A stretch of DNA of 64,000 nt, taken from a bacterium. Lineage in GTDB: Bacteria > Hinthialibacterota > Hinthialibacteria > Hinthialibacterales > Hinthialibacteraceae. Made by a program: the position numbers and the translations under genes. The stretch covers positions 1,600,001 through 1,664,000 of the forward strand of contig CAXXMV010000002.1 in assembly GCA_963662285.2 (NCBI GenBank), read 5' to 3'. This document shows, one piece after another, positions 58,757 to 64,000 of the stretch (positions are counted from its first letter, which is position 1; each line of letters opens with the position of its first letter). Below the pieces are notes generated by a model that saw only the letters and a program-made list of their open reading frames with translations, was not told the DNA's origin and made no database searches.

Positions 58757-59980
58757 ATGCCAAAATTAAAATCTCGTCTTCGATCATTTTGGCCGATTCC
58801 GGGTACTCAATATATTTTTTGTGAAATATGCAAAGGAATTAATTCCCTTCAGTATAATCCTATTCAACGGTTCACTAATCTAATTATTGATATCAAGACA
58901 GGCAAATGCGAGCTGCGCGTTGATTGGCAGAACCTGAATCCAGATAAAACAATAGGCGGCAACTCTTCCCGGCATACTGAATATAAAGGCATCATCGTTA
59001 ATCATGAAAACTTGTCGTTGATTTACGAGCAGGTATTTCGCTATGACTCATCAGCATTTCGCCGCACCCCGGATATAAATAATAATGCGAATCAAACATT
59101 CAAGAAAAAGAAGGATATCTGGCGCATAGATCTTTTTGGCGGATCGCAAAAACTGGATAATTCTCCTGAACTATTTATCCATAATCAGGCATCCCATCGA
59201 TGCCTTGATTTTTCCAGTCTGGTGGCGTTGACGTCAAGCAAACTTGTTCAATATCAGTTGGATGATAATTCTCTTCAGATGAGTGAGGACTGGCAGGATA
59301 TCGGCGACGCCTTGATGCAATTATGCAGTCTGCCGCATGGCGGTTATGTCTATTCCAATTCCCGTAAGGGGACGGTTAACTTTCTCCAGCCCTATGAACC
59401 GAGGTTCCGTTCTTTTCAAATTAAATCGATTTTTGCAGAACTGCCTCTGCCGCCTAAGGAGATTACCCTGTGGGAAAACTTGTCTTCTTTGTCATGGCAG
59501 TTGATTCCACTATCGGCTGAATCGTCTTCTCCGATGCTGGCCTATTTTCAGATGCCGGGTTTCCCGATTTTTGAAATTAATCTGGATCGAATCAACAAGG
59601 GTAATGCCAAAGAGGTCTTCAACTTTTTAGGATATAGTCCATCATGCCGGCCGTTTTTAAGTATGAAAAGAAACCGGGTGATACTATTCAGCAATTCATT
59701 GGTTCGGAGCAGTCAGGAATTGAGTACTTCGGTTCCTATATTTTTAGTTGAGAAGCAATATCGAAACTGGCCTGTCAATACCGCTTTTTGCTTTCAACCC
59801 AAGCCCGTACCCCTCCCGGCGTCGATCCACCGCATTTGCGAAATCCCTTTCAATAATGAATATCTTTTAGCCTATGGGCAGGATGCGTTCTGGTGCGTCT
59901 ATTATGACGGCAGCGCGGTAAAATCGCTCTATCCGCGGGCGCGCTCCATGCGTCGAAAAGGCGCCAAGCCGAGAACTTAA
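58757..59980 (+). CDS. Hypothetical protein
   Basis: About 407-aa ORF; GAGGGG RBS before ATG 58757; no recognised motif. Confidence 0.6.
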   Translation: MPKLKSRLRSFWPIPGTQYIFCEICKGINSLQYNPIQRFTNLIIDIKTGKCELRVDWQNLNPDKTIGGNSSRHTEYKGIIVNHENLSLIYEQVFRYDSSAFRRTPDINNNANQTFKKKKDIWRIDLFGGSQKLDNSPELFIHNQASHRCLDFSSLVALTSSKLVQYQLDDNSLQMSEDWQDIGDALMQLCSLPHGGYVYSNSRKGTVNFLQPYEPRFRSFQIKSIFAELPLPPKEITLWENLSSLSWQLIPLSAESSSPMLAYFQMPGFPIFEINLDRINKGNAKEVFNFLGYSPSCRPFLSMKRNRVILFSNSLVRSSQELSTSVPIFLVEKQYRNWPVNTAFCFQPKPVPLPASIHRICEIPFNNEYLLAYGQDAFWCVYYDGSAVKSLYPRARSMRRKGAKPRT

Positions 59981-60122
59981 AAATCATTACCTTCAAAAAA
60001 ATCTGACAGTACAAAATTTACATGATACTAATTTAGATAGTTCAAAGTTATTATCAGAATAACTATTTAATAGTATATATATTTCGTTATACCGGGGAGA
60101 GATTGATCACAGGAGAACAACA

Positions 60123-60575
60123 ATGAATACAGCATCTTTAGATACGTATCGCATCTTAACCCTTGGCTTGAATGATCAAGAAAAAACCAATATCGAGAAG
60201 ATTGCTTCTTCCTTGGGAGGAGTTGTAACGAACGTTGACACTGAAATGGAATTGTTAAAATATGCTGAAACCAACCATTTCGACATTTGCATGGTCGGGC
60301 AATCTGATAACGTGCCTGAACCAAGTTATATCATCTGGCTGCTAAAAGGAATCACCAAACAATCCCGGATGATTGTACTATATTCCTCTTTATCCAGTGA
60401 AGAAGAGAAAAAAGTGTTGCGCTACGAAGTTTCAAATATTTTGCAGCGCCCCGTAAAATCAGGCGAAGTAACAAAGGCTATCGAATCCATCCTGACTCAT
60501 AATCATGATTCAATCAGCTTATGGGAAACTATATTGAGTTTCATTTTTCCCAGCCGGAAAGCAGAGACTCATTAA
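60123..60575 (+). CDS. Atypical receiver (CheY-like) domain protein
   Basis: AGGAG RBS; FDICMVGQ, MIVLYS, ILQRPV fit the receiver layout without the canonical Asp and Lys. Confidence 0.55.
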   Translation: MNTASLDTYRILTLGLNDQEKTNIEKIASSLGGVVTNVDTEMELLKYAETNHFDICMVGQSDNVPEPSYIIWLLKGITKQSRMIVLYSSLSSEEEKKVLRYEVSNILQRPVKSGEVTKAIESILTHNHDSISLWETILSFIFPSRKAETH

Positions 60576-60628
60576 TTTACACAGAAATGCCCCGGAACAA
60601 ACAAGTCCCTCACCCATCGCAAACAAGT

Positions 60629-60719
60629 CCCCTCTCCCCCCTGTATGTAGGGCCAGGGTGAGGGGAAATTTCCAAACACCCAAACGTATGGTGGGCTAAA
60701 AGCGAAAGCATAGCCCACC
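60629..60719. repeat. Family D variant plus family A REP (60686-60719)
   Basis: CCCCTCTCCCC...GGGTGAGGGG; GTATGGTGGGCTAAAAGCGAAAGCATAGCCCACC. Confidence 0.75.
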
Positions 60720-60745
60720 CAAAACCACTTCTTTTTTTGAATAAA

Positions 60746-63097
60746 TCACTTCTCACTACCAAACCCTTTTACCTCCGCCCCACTCTCATCAAATACGGTC
60801 GCCTGCACAATGCCGCTTTCCGTCAAAACCGCCCGCACGCTTCCTGACGCCAGTGGAACCTTAACTTCATAAACTCCGCCATGCTGGGTGAGTTCAGCTG
60901 ATCCACTAATGTTTTTCCCGGAACGATATGGCCGCAGAACCGTCACGAAAGTTTGGCTCTTCGATTTCTCAACTGTACTGGCAGTCAAATGATGCTCCAC
61001 CAGTTTTACCCTATCCCGCGGTGGAGGATCGAATTTATCCGTCTGGCTAATGCTAAGATTTTCGGGCCATAAAAAATTCACTTTGCAAGCGGCTTTGCCC
61101 TCTTCTGCATAGATATTATGTTGATCGTCAATCTTCATCTGATTGCTGGCGTGTAAACGCCATTCAAAGGTTGAACTCTGCGGCGCTTGCAGCGTATCGA
61201 AGATGACGATGGCTTCCGGTTTAATATAAAGCATCCTACGGGTGAATTGCTCCAATTTCCCTTCATAGGCCTTAGATGCTTCGCCGCATACATAATCGAT
61301 CTGTGCATCAGTATAAAAATCCAGAATCTCGCCTGTAGCGCTGGCCGAATGACCCGTTTGTCCCTCGCCATTAACCGTGATGCAATTAGTTGATTTTGTC
61401 TGCCACATCCAGTTTTTATGGTGCACGCTGCCATAAATATCACGCTTACCAGTGCGAATAAACAGCCGCTCGCCGAATGCGTAAAGCAGAAATGAGTTGT
61501 TCGATTCATAACCGTGGCTCTGCGTTCCAAACGGGCTGCTCTTAAAAATAAGTTCTACATTATCGCCCGCATCAAGCAGGTTTGAATTCATCATGGCCTG
61601 CCCCGTATCCTGGAAGCAACGAGAGGAAGGCAACGCATCGGGCGATTTAGCCTCCATCTTGGGCAGCGCTCCCCGGATAAAACCAATGTAGCCTGATTCT
61701 TTAGGCGGCTGGCCATGTTGATCCACATACCATTGCCAATAAGGATTCTGCGCTTGAGCGGCGAAGATCGACATCACAGTTGAGTTGTCGCGTGATTTCC
61801 GCGCGGCGCAAAGATCTCCGAAGCCGCCGCCCTGTGTTCCGGGAGGTTGCAGGTACATGGCGTAATAGCCCACTTGCGAGAAATATGGTTTATCGAAGGC
61901 GTTGATTCCCATGGCGCTTCGCATGACGTCCGCCCACCAGGTAAAACGGTAAATATAACTGCGCCAATAGGAGACGCCCTCATGCCACCCGCCGTCATCA
62001 TCGCTCCATACCGGATAGACATTGCTGAAGACATTAGCCGCAAACCAGGCCCATTTCTCCGCTTGGGGAATCTCGCCCTGAAATGCGATGCCCAATTCTC
62101 CCAGAAAATGCCAGGCGCGGTTGCTGTGGCTTGAGTAAGGTTTCCATAAATGCCTGGGGTAGAGATGGTCATACATCTCTTCGCCTCTAACAGCCATTAT
62201 TTTGCAGCAAGTCTCGCGTTCTGCCTGGCTTAACAGGTCATGAACGAAGGTATACGTTCTGGCAAAGTAATAGTTATAAGGCATCCCCGCTTCGTCGTTA
62301 TAACGGTATCCGGTTGAGCCTTTCGGATCCCACTTGGCGCATTCCAGCAGTATCTTTTTGGCCAGCTGACCATACTCATCCTTGCCGCCCATCAAACGGG
62401 TAAAGGCCAGCGTCGCCGCGCTATTCAACGCTTTTATGGTATATGTTCGGTTGCCCCACCACATCTCGCGCCATGCTTCACTCTTACGTTCCATATCTTC
62501 TGGATAACGGGGCGGCTCTGTAGTATCAGGTGGATTCTTAAGTATATTCTCAGATGATTGAACCAACTCGTCAAAATGATCCTTCAAATCTCCCTGCGCC
62601 CGCTCACGCAGTTTCGGGATTTGCTCTGGACGTACAAAAAGCCTGGGGTGGGTTTTAGGGATGCGCGCCAGTAGTTCATCTTTTATCGGTAAGGGAAGAG
62701 AACCGGCTGAATCAGAAATGCTGAATTGACGCACCTTGCTCCATTCTGATGTGGTTTCAAATTTATCAATAAAGCGAAACCGCCAAAACCATCTCCCCGG
62801 CGCAAAGATGCGGGGCGGGGTATGCACGTTATACTCAATTTTTTTGGCCTGGTATCTGATATTAGAGAAATCACTATCCCGCGAACATTGGATTTCATAT
62901 TCTTGAGCGTCTTGTTGGGGACGCCATGCGAATCCGGGTGGAGTGACTTTGATGGTTTTACCTTCAGCGGGACGAAAACCCCATTCGCCCGCCGCCTTGG
63001 GAGCATCATTAACTTGAATCTTTTCTGCGGCTTGCGGCGCATTGATCAAAAAAATTGCGCCGATAATCACGGCGCATGTTTGAATCCAACGAAACAT
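60746..63097 (-). CDS. Secreted DUF4962 / heparinase II/III-like polysaccharide lyase
   Basis: Signal peptide; PPGFAW; HPRLF; GGWHEGVSYW; FKSSPFG..SH....NSF. Confidence 0.82.
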   Translation of the reverse strand: MFRWIQTCAVIIGAIFLINAPQAAEKIQVNDAPKAAGEWGFRPAEGKTIKVTPPGFAWRPQQDAQEYEIQCSRDSDFSNIRYQAKKIEYNVHTPPRIFAPGRWFWRFRFIDKFETTSEWSKVRQFSISDSAGSLPLPIKDELLARIPKTHPRLFVRPEQIPKLRERAQGDLKDHFDELVQSSENILKNPPDTTEPPRYPEDMERKSEAWREMWWGNRTYTIKALNSAATLAFTRLMGGKDEYGQLAKKILLECAKWDPKGSTGYRYNDEAGMPYNYYFARTYTFVHDLLSQAERETCCKIMAVRGEEMYDHLYPRHLWKPYSSHSNRAWHFLGELGIAFQGEIPQAEKWAWFAANVFSNVYPVWSDDDGGWHEGVSYWRSYIYRFTWWADVMRSAMGINAFDKPYFSQVGYYAMYLQPPGTQGGGFGDLCAARKSRDNSTVMSIFAAQAQNPYWQWYVDQHGQPPKESGYIGFIRGALPKMEAKSPDALPSSRCFQDTGQAMMNSNLLDAGDNVELIFKSSPFGTQSHGYESNNSFLLYAFGERLFIRTGKRDIYGSVHHKNWMWQTKSTNCITVNGEGQTGHSASATGEILDFYTDAQIDYVCGEASKAYEGKLEQFTRRMLYIKPEAIVIFDTLQAPQSSTFEWRLHASNQMKIDDQHNIYAEEGKAACKVNFLWPENLSISQTDKFDPPPRDRVKLVEHHLTASTVEKSKSQTFVTVLRPYRSGKNISGSAELTQHGGVYEVKVPLASGSVRAVLTESGIVQATVFDESGAEVKGFGSEK

Positions 63098-63180
63098 GAT
63101 AAATCTCCTGATAAAGATAATTCGTTATATAGCAAAATGTCTAGTATTCTTACCAACTATTAATGCCGGATAACCTAGTT

Positions 63181-63249
63181 CCCTCTCCTATTGGGAGAGG
63201 GCTAGGGTGCGGGGGAAACAAAAGTAGGGCGCACCTCTCGTGGGCGCCC
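63181..63249. repeat. Family D palindrome plus GTAG REP (63224-63249)
   Basis: CCCTCTCCTATTGGGAGAGGG; GTAGGGCGCAC...TGGGCGCCC. Confidence 0.75.
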
Positions 63250-63274
63250 GAACCCATCAACAACCAAAAAAAAC

Positions 63275-64000
63275 TCAAGCCTTAGCTTTATCCCAGGTCT
63301 TCTTAACAAACTCCAAAGACTTAATCGCCAATTCATCCTGGGTCTCATAAACATCCCGCCAGATGCATGTGGCGGCGGCGATTTCCGGTAAAGCGCTGCT
63401 AAAGGCTTCAATGGTCAACCATCCGTCATATTTAATTTTCTTAAGAGTTTTGAAAGTGGCGGCGAATGGAATATGTCCGGTTCCGGGGATGCCGCGGTGA
63501 TTCTCTGAGACATGAACATGCCCGATCAAGTCGCCCGCAGCGGTAATCGCTTTGTTAAGGTTCTCTTCTTCGATATTAGCGTGAAAGGTATCCCAGGTCA
63601 CCTTGAAATTCTTATGATCGACCTCTTTTGCGAATTTACATGCGTCGCCTACCGTATTAATAAAATAAGTCTCAAAACGGTTCAATGCTTCCAACGCCAG
63701 GGTAACCCCGGTTTTCTCGGCCTCTAAAGCCACCTTCCTCATAACATCCACGCCCCATTTCCATTCATCTTCCGTGCGTGGACGTCCAACCAGGTTTCCA
63801 ACCGGCGAGGTGAACGGTCCCATAATAGTTTCAACGCCCATAATATCAGCGTTATCGATAGTCTTCTTCATAAAGTTCAAAGCTTTTCTACGAATCGGCG
63901 CCTCGGAACTGATAGGATTCGCTTCCATCGGGACGCATGATGAGACAGTGCATTTCAATTTCAATCGATCAAGATGTTTACGCAGTTTCTTGCTAGTGCC
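63275..64000 (-). CDS. D-tagatose/D-psicose 3-epimerase family (xylose isomerase-like TIM barrel), 5' truncated
   Basis: EALNRFET, DTFHANIEE, HVHVSENHRG.PG.G, LTIEAF; frame open to the window end. Confidence 0.88.
   Translation of the reverse strand, partial: GTSKKLRKHLDRLKLKCTVSSCVPMEANPISSEAPIRRKALNFMKKTIDNADIMGVETIMGPFTSPVGNLVGRPRTEDEWKWGVDVMRKVALEAEKTGVTLALEALNRFETYFINTVGDACKFAKEVDHKNFKVTWDTFHANIEEENLNKAITAAGDLIGHVHVSENHRGIPGTGHIPFAATFKTLKKIKYDGWLTIEAFSSALPEIAAATCIWRDVYETQDELAIKSLEFVKKTWDKAKA

Overview
64 kb of ordinary chromosome from a diderm bacterium (RND-MFP-OMF pump, lipoproteins). The protein style suggests a candidate-phylum, PVC-adjacent lineage such as OLB16/Hinthialibacterota or Sumerlaeota; that assignment is inference only. 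No rRNA, tRNA, CRISPR or prophage was seen. Gene content: leuA (5' truncated), fumC, a 7Fe ferredoxin, a sugar-use cluster (GH2-like, tandem LamG, ABC transporter with a permease-binding protein fusion, rhaM, URO-D-like), two sensor kinases, a prepilin-like protein, a MarR-RND operon, a CotH kinase, an MFS sugar porter, a heparinase II/III-like lyase and a ketose epimerase (5' truncated). Two signals stand out. (1) Six unrelated, unlinked, acidic proteins with Sec signal peptides share a short C-terminal motif, [TS]-x-[VI]-x-[NDE]-[WF]-x-[LI]-[YH] at the C-terminus (one variant ends in SK); this is a candidate undescribed secretion or surface-sorting signal. (2) The intergenic DNA holds at least four families of REP-like palindromes, two RAYT (HUH transposase) remnants each truncated at its own REP, and a 7-unit 143-151 bp tandem array that re-copies the last 30 bp of leuA together with two REP types. 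All product calls come from motif recognition by eye; no database search was run.
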